Below the pieces are notes generated by a model, which saw nothing but the letters and a program-made list of their open reading frames with translations, was not told the DNA's origin and did no database searches. From assembly GCA_023205875.1 (NCBI GenBank), contig CP060772.1, forward strand, positions 124,001-188,000: DNA of 64,000 bases. The letters run 5' to 3'. Both the position numbers and the translations under genes were made by a program. The number at the start of each line of letters is the position of its first letter. Position 1 is the stretch's first letter. Positions 9,650 through 20,918 of the stretch are shown here, one piece after another. The DNA is from Chloropicon primus. Its lineage: Eukaryota.

Positions 9650-12600
9650 TTAAACATTGCGAGCTTGAAGCACGTTTGTGATAACTTGCTTTGTTTCCAT
9701 CCAGCCAAACTTTCGTGTGGGTGAAAGTGCTTTCGGTGAAATGGCTTCAGCCCTTATGTCTTTGTTTTCACTATACTTGAGGAGAGCCAGCCTTGCGAGT
9801 GAAGATTTTGATTTGCCCTCCTGCTTTTCCTCCTGCTTTTCCTCCTGTATTTCCTCATCTGCAAGCTCCTTGAGAATCTTAGCTTGCTCTGTCAAGATAT
9901 CATCAACCCACTTGGGATCGACGTAAGAGTGCTTCTTACTCCTCTTTGGCACCTCAATCTCGTCCGCGGGCACATCTGCTGGCTCGGGTTTCACGTGTTC
10001 TTCGTCCTTCACGTGATCTTCGTTTGCGGTGAAATCAAACTGCTTGCTGCTGGTCTCGAGCTCCATGGACTCCAAAGCCTTCTTGGCCTTTATGGAATCT
10101 ATCCTAGATTTGATCGCTTTGCTGAAGACGATCCTCAACATTCCTCGAGCCTCTGCAAGGGAGCGCAGTCCTGACCAGCGCCTCAAGTCACTTGACATGC
10201 CGTTGGCATTCATTCCATTCTTGCCGTTGATCAACAGCTTCGCGAATCTGTGAGCGTCTCTGGAGTTCACACGCGCTTGCTGGAAAGCTGCCTGGTGGTC
10301 ATCGTGGTTCATGTCCTCCTTGTTGTGAGCGGTGAGCATGAAGCAAGCTGCTTTCTCGTACATCAAGTGAGAAAGCTCCATTTCCAAGGAGGCCATGCGC
10401 TCGTCAAGCTGTTTCCTTGAAAGCTCCATGCTGCTGAGCTGGGTCTGCAACTCCTGCAATTCGGCCTCCCACGACTCCAGGTGAGGGTGAAAACTTTGAG
10501 ATCCAGCGCCATTCTCCTCGCTGCCCGTGGAAGACTTTCGCTTGCATTTATCGATCTTCCTCTCCAACGCCCTTGACTTGTTCTTCAGGGACTTTATGCA
10601 CTGAGAGCACTCAAGGGTATCCGCGTGCGTTTCTTTCAGGGAATCCCGGAGCTTCTCCAGCAGTGTGCAAGCCTCCATCTCCTCTTCGATCCAAATCTGG
10701 CGGGAGCGCTCGTCTCTCAGCAGTGGCGCCAAGGCATTTGGCTGAAGCTCTGGCACATCCTCGCCCTCTTTCCCGCCGTGCTTGCTCTTGACACCATCAG
10801 AAGCGCCTCTGGAGTCCTTTCTGGTGAGCTGCTTCAACTTGTTCTTGTGCTTGTTGCACTCCTCGGTCTTCCTCTTCAAGGCCTGCAACTGCTTCTCCTT
10901 ATTGATCTCCAGCTTGCTCCTCGCCTGATCTGCTTTCGCCTTTTCCCTCTGCAGAGATTGCATTTCCTTCTTCGTGACTTTCTGGTAAGACGCGAATCTC
11001 TTGGCTTTGCCGCTGATCTCCTTCATCAATTGACACTTTTGCCTCTTGATCTCCTCCACGTCCTTCTTGAGCCTGTCACACAAAGCGTCGCTCTTCTTCT
11101 TCAGACGCTCCAGGTTCACAAGCTTTGCATGCTTTTGCTTGAGTTCCGAGAGCACTGACTCCAATCGCTTCACCTTGTCCATGAGCATCTGTTTCTGACG
11201 AGCCTCCTTGGGATCAATTGGTTTCTTGGCACCTTTCTTCGAATCCTTTTTGCCCTTCCTCGACTTTGATCTGATGGAAGTCGCGTTCACTTGCTCTTGC
11301 AATGCCGCCTCACTCGTGTTTGCGTATTCCTGCAGCTGCTGAAGAAGCTCGAGCTTCTGTGTCTGAAGCTCGCCTATCTCGCTCTCCATGGACGAGACAA
11401 GCTGTTTCATCTCATCTTCTGGAACATGAGCCTTTTCGGCGGGCCCGCATGAGCCCACTTGCTGCTCTCCAGCGCTCACTGTGGTGTACTGGCTTTTGCT
11501 GGTCACGCACGTTTCAACAATCTGCTGGTGCATCTCGTTCACGCCTTTTCTAACCTTTTCCATGGCCAGTTCCTTCTCCAGCAAGGCTTCGTCCAACTTG
11601 CTCACGTGAGATTCCAAGACCTTGAGGGATTGGGCCTCCTCGGCCTCAAGCCTCTCTCGCGCACCGGCGCCATGCTTCTCGCCGCTGACCACGTCTGGAT
11701 TCAGCAAGGCGGGGGGGTGCGACCCGCCACCACCATCCATGCCGGTCTCGCCCTTGTCTTCTGCTTCTTGAGATGGCAACGTCGGTTCAGACCATGCCAG
11801 CTGTGGCTCGGCAGGCAAGGCTCTGGTCGCAGTCTTGTGAGTGCCAAACTTAATAATGCTTTTCAAGGTGCTGACTTCGCTTCTGCACAGGCAAAGCTGC
11901 TTCTTCAGTAACGCATTCTCGGCCTTGGTCCTGTTCAGTGCTTCCCTGAGGGCCTCAATGTTATCTCCTTGAAGTGCATCAAGGGCATCCTTTGTCACGA
12001 CATTCGTGATGCTTCTTGCTCTTTGGGCATACCTCAGCGTGTTCACGGACTCGTCACAATCCAAGGTGCAGGGCGACACGCACGCTATCATCACCGTCTT
12101 GCTGTTTCCCCCCAGGGCATCCCTAAGAATTCTGGTGAGCTTGCTGTCCCTGTAAGGCACGTGGGAGTTCTGCTCCCCACCGCTTCCTGCGTCGTTCGCC
12201 AAGGCCGAGTCCCCCATCCCCGCAGCAGTTGGAGATTCACTCGCAAGCGCGGAGATAACATTTCCCAACGCAAGCAACCCTTTGTTGATGTTCACGCCTT
12301 CTCTGAAAGTGCTCCCCTCAGCGTGCGTTCTCTTCACTCGCTCGCTGCCGGCCAAGTCAACCAAGTTTATTTTCGCCCTGAGGAGCTCAACGTCGACCTT
12401 CTCCTCGCCAGTGGCCTCGTCAGTGGTCTTCTTCGTGACTCTGCTCTCGACTGATATGGCGAAAATCGCGTGTGACCGGCTCGACTGCTTGTTCATGCCT
12501 GTCTTCGACGTGGACCTTAACTTCAAGCCTTTCTGAAAGAGGACGCACATGTGCTTCTTGCTTCTCACCTCGACCTCGCTGCAACCCACCAAGTGGACAC

Positions 12601-13369
12601 AACCGTCGCTTGACTCTCTGATCTGAATCTCTTGGAGCTGCTGCTTGCCAAGGCTGCTAGCCGAGGTCAAGCTTCCTTTCCTCTGCAAAGGCGGTGCACT
12701 CTCCGTGACCTCGGTGGCTTTGCTTTCGTCCCTGACTCCACCCTCGCCTCTCCCATCCGACGCGACAAGGAGGTCCCTGATCTCCTCGTTATAGATCTCC
12801 ACGTAACTCACTTTGATCTTCACCTCCTTTCCTTTCTCACCATTGGTCTCCTTGTCCAACTTGGCGTAAAGGCTGTCCACCGCCCGAGGGATGATGCCTC
12901 GATGTGCTCGCCTCTCCCCCTCCTTCACACCTGGAGAAGGCGTCTCCACCGACCCATCGCTCGCTGGGGATGAAAAAGACGGCGAAGAGGAAGAAGAGGA
13001 CGACACAAACGATGTGTCCAGCCCTCCCATCGTGTAAGTCTTCCCACTTCCCGTCTGCCCGTATGCCAACACCGTCGCGCTGTAGCCACCGAACAAGCCT
13101 TCCACCAAAGGATCCACACAGTCCGAATACATCTTCCTCGGATTCCGTCCATTGATGGTATCATCTCCGTAAACGTAATCATACTCGAAAGAATACTTCC
13201 CATCCTGAACGATGAGGTGATCCTCCTTCCCTTCTGCTTGGTTTGTCTTCCTGCAGACTTTCATGGTGCAACACGATGAAGAGTCACTCTCTTCCGAAAG
13301 GAGAGGTCTCACGTGGACAGCAACTGTCACTGGACATGAAGTCGCTTCTCCAACATCTTGTGCTAACAT
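9650..13369 (-). CDS. Kinesin-4 family (KIF4/FRA1-like) motor protein
   Basis: N-terminal motor: YGQTGSGKT, NKQSSRSHAIF, LVDLAGSER, HVPYRDSKLTRIL. Long coiled coil; tail RWSGLRSLAEARGML resembles kinesin-4. Confidence 0.9.
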   Translation of the reverse strand: MLAQDVGEATSCPVTVAVHVRPLLSEESDSSSCCTMKVCRKTNQAEGKEDHLIVQDGKYSFEYDYVYGDDTINGRNPRKMYSDCVDPLVEGLFGGYSATVLAYGQTGSGKTYTMGGLDTSFVSSSSSSSPSFSSPASDGSVETPSPGVKEGERRAHRGIIPRAVDSLYAKLDKETNGEKGKEVKIKVSYVEIYNEEIRDLLVASDGRGEGGVRDESKATEVTESAPPLQRKGSLTSASSLGKQQLQEIQIRESSDGCVHLVGCSEVEVRSKKHMCVLFQKGLKLRSTSKTGMNKQSSRSHAIFAISVESRVTKKTTDEATGEEKVDVELLRAKINLVDLAGSERVKRTHAEGSTFREGVNINKGLLALGNVISALASESPTAAGMGDSALANDAGSGGEQNSHVPYRDSKLTRILRDALGGNSKTVMIACVSPCTLDCDESVNTLRYAQRARSITNVVTKDALDALQGDNIEALREALNRTKAENALLKKQLCLCRSEVSTLKSIIKFGTHKTATRALPAEPQLAWSEPTLPSQEAEDKGETGMDGGGGSHPPALLNPDVVSGEKHGAGARERLEAEEAQSLKVLESHVSKLDEALLEKELAMEKVRKGVNEMHQQIVETCVTSKSQYTTVSAGEQQVGSCGPAEKAHVPEDEMKQLVSSMESEIGELQTQKLELLQQLQEYANTSEAALQEQVNATSIRSKSRKGKKDSKKGAKKPIDPKEARQKQMLMDKVKRLESVLSELKQKHAKLVNLERLKKKSDALCDRLKKDVEEIKRQKCQLMKEISGKAKRFASYQKVTKKEMQSLQREKAKADQARSKLEINKEKQLQALKRKTEECNKHKNKLKQLTRKDSRGASDGVKSKHGGKEGEDVPELQPNALAPLLRDERSRQIWIEEEMEACTLLEKLRDSLKETHADTLECSQCIKSLKNKSRALERKIDKCKRKSSTGSEENGAGSQSFHPHLESWEAELQELQTQLSSMELSRKQLDERMASLEMELSHLMYEKAACFMLTAHNKEDMNHDDHQAAFQQARVNSRDAHRFAKLLINGKNGMNANGMSSDLRRWSGLRSLAEARGMLRIVFSKAIKSRIDSIKAKKALESMELETSSKQFDFTANEDHVKDEEHVKPEPADVPADEIEVPKRSKKHSYVDPKWVDDILTEQAKILKELADEEIQEEKQEEKQEGKSKSSLARLALLKYSENKDIRAEAISPKALSPTRKFGWMETKQVITNVLQARNV

Positions 13370-13709
13370 CTCGAACACCCTCAACCCTCCTCTTCCACCC
13401 TCTGCTCTCTCTCTCCTCCACCAATCTGACGGACCTCACCTTCCCAATGCCCAAACTCTTCCAATACGAAACGAAATGGGTCGAGTTTGGTATCAAAAGA
13501 AAGAGCGAGAGGAGACGATTCGATTTAATGGACGAACTCCTCGAAATTCACGCCTCCCGCTCGATTATTGCGCGACGCGTCGCTCGCTCTCTTCAACTCC
13601 TCTCGACTTCGCCCCAAAAACGAAAAATCATCTGTCACTTCCCCTCAATTCAACGTCTCTCTCTCTTCGTCGTTCTCTCGGAAGAAAATTGGAACGCAGT
13701 GGAAAGGAT

Positions 13710-14067
13710 CCAGGGCAATGGCGATGGTGGGAGACGGCGAGAAGGACTGCGGGGCCGATCAGGGCAATCATCATGGATCGTGTTGTCTCTTGCTCTTTCG
13801 TATGAGTGGTCGGTTGTGAAGATTGACTCGGTGGTTGCCATGTTGTGACACAAAACATGCGTGTGATCCACTTGATGTTTCATCAAGAGGATTCCAGGGC
13901 AATGGCGATGGTGGGACACGGCGAGGAGGACTGCGGGGGCGATCAGGGCAATCATCATGGATCGTGTTGTCTCTTGCTCTTTCGTATGAGTGGTCGGTTG
14001 TGAAGATTGACTCGGTGGTTGCCATGTTGTGACACAAAACATGCGTGTGATCCACTTGATGTTTCAT
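13710..14067. repeat. Near-perfect tandem duplication, 184-bp unit
   Basis: CCAGGGCAATGGCGATGG... starts at 13710 and 13894; both copies end in GATCCACTTGATGTTTCAT. Confidence 0.95.
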
Positions 14068-14192
14068 GTGCGTTGACAACGACAAGCAAGGCGCTTGTCT
14101 CTCTTGACTACAAGCTCATGATGTTACAAAAAAGAGAATAGAACTCCTCGTTAAGGGCACCGCGCCATCTGTCCATTGGCACTTCTCCGCGT

Positions 14193-15158
14193 TCACGCTT
14201 TGACAAACTGAAACCTGGAGAGCATCATGGGCAAGCCAGCGATGAGCGGACCGTATCGACTCGCGTTGTCATAAAGCTCGAAGAGTGGCACAGCAAGGAG
14301 CTTCAAATTCGATGGAACCGCAAAGTAGCAAGACTCTGGCAACCGGATCATGTAAACTTTCTTGATCTCCTTGGGTTTCGTGATATGCGCCGGAAGGTAC
14401 GGGTACATCACTTGCTCGAAGTTTGGTCTGTAAAAGCATCCCACGCAATCACCGATCTCCCAGTCCATCTTGAGCGAGTCATTCTCTGGAGACAGCTTAT
14501 TGGTCAGCTTCCGCTTCAATCCTTCCACTTCCTACGAGTCACAAGCACAAACAACACAAGCAGAGGCAACGCCGTCGTCGGTCAGCACTCCCATACACCA
14601 GAGAAAGAGAAAGAGATACGAGGACAATGCCACCACCACCACCACCACCACCACCCCTGCAACATGACTCACCTCTTCCCCTGGTCTCAGTCTCCCCCCT
14701 GGCAACTGAAAATAATTGGCTCCCGTCTGCAGGAGCAGTATGTGTGGATGGTTGTGCTACAACCCAAGCATCACAAAAGAGATCAAGTGCATCCAAGCAA
14801 AAACCAAATCGCCATCGCCGTAGAGAAAAGAGAGAAAGAGAGAGACGAGCATCAGCATCAGCACCTCCTGGGCATCATCTCATGCGTTACGAAACGTTAC
14901 GTTTCAATCAAGGCGTACAGAGTTCGAGAGAGAGAGAGAGAGAGTTCGAGTTCAACCCATGTCTAGTGTTTTTTGGGTTTTGGGACTCACTTGATGGACG
15001 ATGAGGACGGCTTCGACTGTCCTTCTTGGTCCCTCGACTTCGTAACGGTTCTTGATTCGCGTCCACCTCTCCGTAACGGACGCGTCTTTCGGCTCTTTGC
15101 TCCCCTTCTGTCCGAACTTGAAGTTGCTCGCCGCATACACGGTGTGATGGAGCGCCAT
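14193..15158 (-). CDS. NUDT21: Pre-mRNA cleavage factor Im 25 kDa subunit; exons 15158-14991, 14756-14673, 14531-14193
   Basis: [69 protein letters not shown]; both introns phase 0. Confidence 0.92.
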
Positions 15159-15457
15159 GGTGATCAGCACAGACTGGACTGGGCAGGAGGAGGAGGAGGA
15201 GGAGGGAGGATGATGGATGACAGGGAAGGAGAGGGAGTGGGAGAGGGAGAGGGAGGTGGCATGGATTCGTTGTCTCGAGCCCTTCACTTGAAGAGAATGG
15301 TGATGAAAGGAATGATTGCGAGGAAAGGGACAGACAGAGAGAGAAGGTGGTGCGATGAAGGATGGGTTTGTGCTTGTGGATCAGCCCCTGCTGTGCAGAT
15401 TTCATGATCAAATGATTTATTCTTTGTGTCGGAACGAACAGAACGCGCGCCGGGTCT

Positions 15458-16711
15458 TTACATGTCCTCTTGGCCCCACATGAAGGCTTGTCTATCCCTC
15501 TGCCTCTTCCTGTTCATCTCCTTGAAGTAGTCTTTCTCGAAACCGTTGCTCCTGTCGACTCCGTCCCAGTGCGCACCCGGGCGGATGCCGAATCTATTCT
15601 CCGGACACCTCACGCCTCTCTTGAGCCAGCTGTGCTGAGGCACGCCCTCCGGGATCACGTACCCTTGCTTCTGCAGCTCCTCGAACGATACGCCGTAACG
15701 CCCGATGTAGTCCTCCTCCAGCCTCTCCCTCTCCTTCTTCTTCTTGCTCACCAAGTGCGCCATCGGGTCTAAGATCTCCTTCTGCCTCTGATCAGACTCG
15801 TAGTCGAAGGACGGTGGCGGTGAGCCTGCCCCCCCGTAAGTATCGCGAATCTGCTGCATCTTGCGCTGTTTTTGCGCCAAGCCGGAGCTCCACATCGGTT
15901 TCGTGTGCCTCTGCTCCTGCTCCTTCTCCCTCTTGGCAAGCTCCTCGGCGCTCACTCGAGCGCCTGTTGCCCTATCCCTGTACACCGTCTCGGCGGACCT
16001 CCCGCTCGCTTTGTCTCCCATGGCCTCGAACTTCTTCTCCTTCAGCACCCTCTTTTGCTCGAGCTCCTCCTTCAGGACTTTGGCAGTCACAAGACCCGTG
16101 GACGTCCCGTCCGTCATTCTCCTCCCATCACCTCGGGCATCGCCGTCCTCGCTGTCGCTTGATTCTGGTTCCCTCCCCCTCCTCCGCACATCCATGTCTG
16201 AATCCGAATCGTCCCCGGAGGAGCCGGATCCTCTCCCCCTCCGCTCCACCTCCATGTCGCTGCTATCCGGCGAGTCGTACCGCTCTCGCCTCCTCCTGGA
16301 CACGTCCATGTCATCATCACTGCCATCACCGTCGCTGTCATCGCTGTCGTGCCTCCTCGCTGGAGGTGACGGCGACCTGCTCCTGGACCCACCCTGCGCC
16401 TCCTTCTCTCCCGCTGGAGGCCCAACCTCCTTCCCAGTGGACACCGTCTGCCACCTCTGCTTGCTCCTTATCACGCTCAACCTGTTCTTCCTCTCTCTCT
16501 CCCTCTCCACCTCCTCGCCGTTCACCACCACTGGTCCTTCCTCCTCGTCGCCGCCCGCCACCGCCTCAGCTGAGCTCAGTGGAATGCCGTGGGTGCCATC
16601 CTGAACCAAGAACCCAGAAGAAGCAGTCTCCTTCCCCTTCCTCCGCTTCTTCTTCCTCCTCTTCTTCGAAGCGCCCTCGTCCCCATACCGAGCGCTCAGG
16701 TACGCCTCCAT
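15458..16711 (-). CDS. BUD13: Pre-mRNA splicing factor BUD13/CWC26 (RES complex)
   Basis: RRHDSD, GRSAETVYRD, DPMA, PENRFGIRPGAHWDGVDRSNGFEK, and the C-terminal WGQEDM. Confidence 0.92.
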   Translation of the reverse strand: MEAYLSARYGDEGASKKRRKKKRRKGKETASSGFLVQDGTHGIPLSSAEAVAGGDEEEGPVVVNGEEVERERERKNRLSVIRSKQRWQTVSTGKEVGPPAGEKEAQGGSRSRSPSPPARRHDSDDSDGDGSDDDMDVSRRRRERYDSPDSSDMEVERRGRGSGSSGDDSDSDMDVRRRGREPESSDSEDGDARGDGRRMTDGTSTGLVTAKVLKEELEQKRVLKEKKFEAMGDKASGRSAETVYRDRATGARVSAEELAKREKEQEQRHTKPMWSSGLAQKQRKMQQIRDTYGGAGSPPPSFDYESDQRQKEILDPMAHLVSKKKKERERLEEDYIGRYGVSFEELQKQGYVIPEGVPQHSWLKRGVRCPENRFGIRPGAHWDGVDRSNGFEKDYFKEMNRKRQRDRQAFMWGQEDM

Positions 16712-16744
16712 ATCATAAGGGTGCTGGCCAAGAGGGTCGAGTCA

Positions 16745-17370
16745 CCTAATAGGTCGTTGGAAAGATCGTGAGACGCTCTTTCGTGTGATCCGTCACTCGC
16801 CCTCTGCTCCCCTCGCTCTCGCCGTCCACGCCCTCGACGAAGTTCCTCTCTTCCTCGTTGGCTTCGAGCTTGCTCCACAACTTGTTCCCGCAATGTTCTC
16901 CGCCACTACGACGGACAAACCAGTCAAGCTACCACTCGTTCGAAAGATCGTGAGACGTAACGTCCTCCCGTGATGCGCCAGCGACCTTTCTCCTTCGACC
17001 TCGCCGCTCACGCTCCCCTCAATGGCGACCCTTTCCTCTCGCTCCAAAAGCAACCAAGGAACAACTTCAAGCAACTGCTGCTGATCACTCCGAGCGCCAA
17101 ATGGGTCGATGAAGGTATTGACGGAAAGCTCGTGAGATGATCTTTCGTGTGATCCCTCACTCGACCCCTTCCCTCCCCTCCTCCGCCCTCCTCGCCCTCG
17201 AACGCGCTGCCCTTCTCCTTTCGTCCCTCGCCAGAGAGACCTCCACAACTGGAGGCATACGGCTCAGCGGAGGGAGGGGGACGGAGGGAGAGCGCGTTGG
17301 CGAGGTCTGGCGGCAGAGGGAGGGAGTGGAGGGTGAAGGAGACTCGAGATTACGAAAATAGAGATCGAGA
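16745..17370. repeat. Degenerate 182-bp-period array; the 17084-17370 part is a near-identical inverted copy of about 29455-29745
   Basis: GAAAG(A/C)TCGTGAGA at 16760, 16942 and 17124; about 250 bp match the 29.5-29.7 kb region on the opposite strand. Confidence 0.85.
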
Positions 17371-17652
17371 TCTTCCTCTTGATACTCGCATCACGAGAAA
17401 CGGTTTCGTATCGGGGAAGAAAAGCTCGAAAGTCTGACTGGAGAGGCCAGAGGAGAGGGGAGAGGGTGAGGTTTGTGGAGCAAGGGCGAAGGGTTGAGGG
17501 TTGAGATGACGAAGGGGAGGTGACGGGGAGGAGGAGGGACTCGTGATTACTCGATTCCTTGAACCACGCGAGGCTAGGCGCCCGTTAAGACCTGTAACGT
17601 CTGCGTTTTGGCTCATTCTGAGGCAGAGGCGAGAACAGGGGGGCAGAGAGGT

Positions 17653-19052
17653 ATGGAGGTGGGAGAGGGGAGAGGGAGGGGGGAGGACCTTGAGCTCGGT
17701 TCTTTGAGTCCCGGGCTAGAAGGTGGCGGGAATGCTGGTCGGACGGAGGAGGTTTTGTCCACATCCTCTGGGGCTGCTGGGACGAGCTTAGCGGATAGCC
17801 TGACAGCAGCACTGTCCGCGGGGAGAGGGCCGCGGGAGCGAGGGGGAAGGGGGGAGGATGCCTCGACGGGTGGGCCCTCTCCGTCTGGCCGCACACTTTT
17901 GGATGGCCTGTACCACATGCTTGGGAGGGGGGAAGGGGGGAGGCAAAACCAGAGGAGGTCCAGCGGCGGCCAGGAGGACCCCCTTGAGCTGGCGGTGCAC
18001 AGAGCCTCGTCGACGAGCGTGTCGAGTGATAGTCCTCGAGCGACGCCGACGGCGGGCGCGGGGAACTCCACGTTCGACTACAACGTGGTGCTCTTGTGGC
18101 TGGAGCAGGCCCTTCCGTTTCTCCTCATCCTTTTTTGCTTCTTTCTTCGCGAGCATCTGATGGAGATCGGTTTCTTTGGCTTGCACACGTTTTTGTTTCT
18201 CAAGGGGAACCAAATCATCAGGAGCACCATCGCTCACCGGGGCGCGAATTCCAACTCGAGCAAGAAGCTAGTGCTGGTGACCTCCCTGCTCTCGGCGTCG
18301 TCGGTGCTGCTCCTGCTCGTGGTCTTCCCACAGCAGAAGCTGTGGAAGGTAAGACAGAGAGAGACAGAGATGATGGTCTTGTCTTTCCCGCTGACTATGA
18401 GTTCTTCTTTTTTCGCTTCTTCGGCGCTCAAAAGTCCATGGTGCTGATACCGCCGCCGCACAGGTTGAATGTTTGGCATTCCCTGTTTCGGTGCGCTTTG
18501 TGCGACGTCACTTTGAGGCAGGCGGGCGTTGTGGTGAAGGCGTCGCAGCTTTTGGTGTGGCGACCAGCCGCGGGAAGCCAGTTCAGGAGGCAGGGCCACT
18601 TGCTCACCTTCGTAGAGCACGCGACGATCTTGTACGGGCTGCTGCTTCCGGTCCCCATATGGTACAGCTTCTTCCAGACTGAGACTTTTGGGCAGATCTT
18701 CTCCAGCGTCAGCACAGGCTTTTACCTCACCATGAAGATCTCCACCCTGTTCGAGAAAGTTTTGAACTTCGTTGTGGCCCTGAGGATCCTGATCCAGCCG
18801 GTGTGCGACCACTACGGCACCAGGGCGACCAAGGAGGAGGTCTGCGAGCTCGGGGACGCCTGCTGCAGCATCTGCCAGGACGAGATGGCGTCCCCCCTCA
18901 AACTGCGGTGCAACCACATTTTTTGTGCCGAGTGCATCGGGGAATGGCTCGACAGGGACACGACCTGCCCCCTCTGCAGGACTGTCGTCAAGTCGGACGT
19001 CGTCAGGAGCTTCTCGGACGGCTCCAGCGGCTGGATCCTCCAGCTCTTCTGA
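17653..19052 (+). CDS. RING finger and transmembrane domain protein (RNFT1/2-like E3 ligase); exons 17653-18348, 18435-19052
   Basis: WLEQALPFLLIL, several TM segments, LLPVPIWYSFF, C-terminal C3HC4 RING CSICQ...CNHIFCAECI...CPLCR. Confidence 0.85.
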
Positions 19053-19452
19053 GATTGAGATGATGAGGATGTGAGGATTATATGAATTATGGACACACGC
19101 ACGCGCGCCGGCGACGAAGTTTTGAAGAGAATGGCATGGTGGGAGAGGGAGATGGAGGAAGGGGAGATGGAGGAATGGGGAGATGGAGGAATTCTTAGTC
19201 TCTCTCTCTCTTGGATTCATGGAGGAGTTCATATTGGCAAGCTCTTCTTCCTCTGATGATGATGATGTGATGTCCTATTTCTTCATAATAAGACGTTACT
19301 ATTCCGCCTCCTCGAATTTCACGCTCAGGTTTTGGAAGGAACGAGGACGCACATGACATGACGACGAGAGAGTGAGTAGGGTAGGAGAGTCGTGGGTGGA
19401 CTTCGCCTCTCCCTGGTTTGTCTCTCGTCCTCTCGAGCCCCAATAATTCGTC

Positions 19453-20716
19453 ATGTCTGCCCTCCCTCGAGGAACCCTACTCGCGGATGGGCGATATCGC
19501 ATCAGGAAGGAGCTCAACGTGAGTCACTCACATGTACATGCATGCCGTAACGCTCGCGTTTTCGTAACGCTTGCACAGCATCCATCCATCCATCCCATAA
19601 CTGACTCTCGTTCTCCTTGGCTCTTGTTCTCTCTTGTGTCAGCGAGGTGGGACGGCGATTGTGTACGCGTCGGATGATCTGAAGACGGGAACCAAAGTGG
19701 CCCTGAAGGTGATGAACACGCGGGATGGGGTGATGACGATGCCGATAAGGCAGGTGAAGAGGGAGGTGGAGATCGCTTCGAGCATGAAGCATCCAAACAT
19801 CGTGCAGCTGATCGACGTGTTCGCCGAGGGGACGCAGCTCGTGATCGTGTGGGAGCTCGTGACTGGTCCGGACTTGCTGGACCTGCTGAACGCTTGCAAT
19901 GGCAGGATGACGGAGAAGCAGGCCGCGCACTACTTCAGGCAGATCCACTTGGGGGTGACCTTCCTGCACGACAACGGCTTGTGCCACAGGGACCTCAAGC
20001 CGGAGAACTGCATGGTGGACGCCAAGACGGACACCCTGAAGATCATCGACTTTGGGCTTTCCAAGCACTTGGAGTCCGCCGTGACTCTGGGCGTCGGCAC
20101 GCCGGATTACATGGCCCCGGAGATGCTCGGGTACGGGGGGAGGGGCCAGGGCAAGGTGCAGCCCCACGCCATGGGAAGCTCGAAGCTCTACGATGCCAGG
20201 GCCGTGGACGTGTGGGCGATGGGGGTGATGCTCTACCTCATGGTCGCCGGGGTGTACCCCTTCGAGGACCCGAACAACCCCGACAACGTGGCGTGCACGC
20301 TCCAGAACGTCAGGGACGGGAGGATCAGGCCCCTCCCCGCGGATGTCAGCCACCAGTGCGCAGATTTGATCGTAAGGATGCTGCACAAGAAGATCGCGAA
20401 AAGACTCACGCTTGAGCAGACGCTGTTGCACCCCTGGATCAAGATGAACGTCGCCGCCCTGGAGACCTCCAGGAGCAAGGGCAAGGCCAAGTCCGAAATG
20501 AGGGAGCTCGCCAGGAAGGCTTCCGACCAGAAGAGGAAGAGGACGGCGTCGTCGAACTCCCACCCGGCGAGAAGGACCTCGAGCGCGATCTTGGAGGGCC
20601 TGGACGCCGAGCTCATGAAGACCCAAAGCAGTCGTGGAAGCAAGTCCACTCGAAGCAAATCCAGCAAATCCTCCACGGGGTTCAACAAACTCATGAACTC
20701 GCTCAAGCTGTTTTAG
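19453..20716 (+). CDS. Ser/Thr protein kinase (CAMK group, SnRK2-like); exons 19453-19518, 19643-20716
   Basis: VALK, HPNIV, HRDLKPEN, DFG, GTPDYMAPE, DVWAMG; phase-0 intron. Confidence 0.9.
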
Positions 20717-20918
20717 GAAACTTGCGTTTGGGGTACAACTAACTTAATTTGCATGGCGCGTGGGTGGTCTATTTAATTGGAATTCATTCTTTACCACCAG
20801 ACCAGACCAGCAGCAGCAACGACAACAACGGGGAGGCTCACCTTCAAGCAAACGGCCAAGTTACATTCTATTTTGTCAATAGCATAAATATATTAATCCC
20901 TTGGCTGGCACCCAAACC

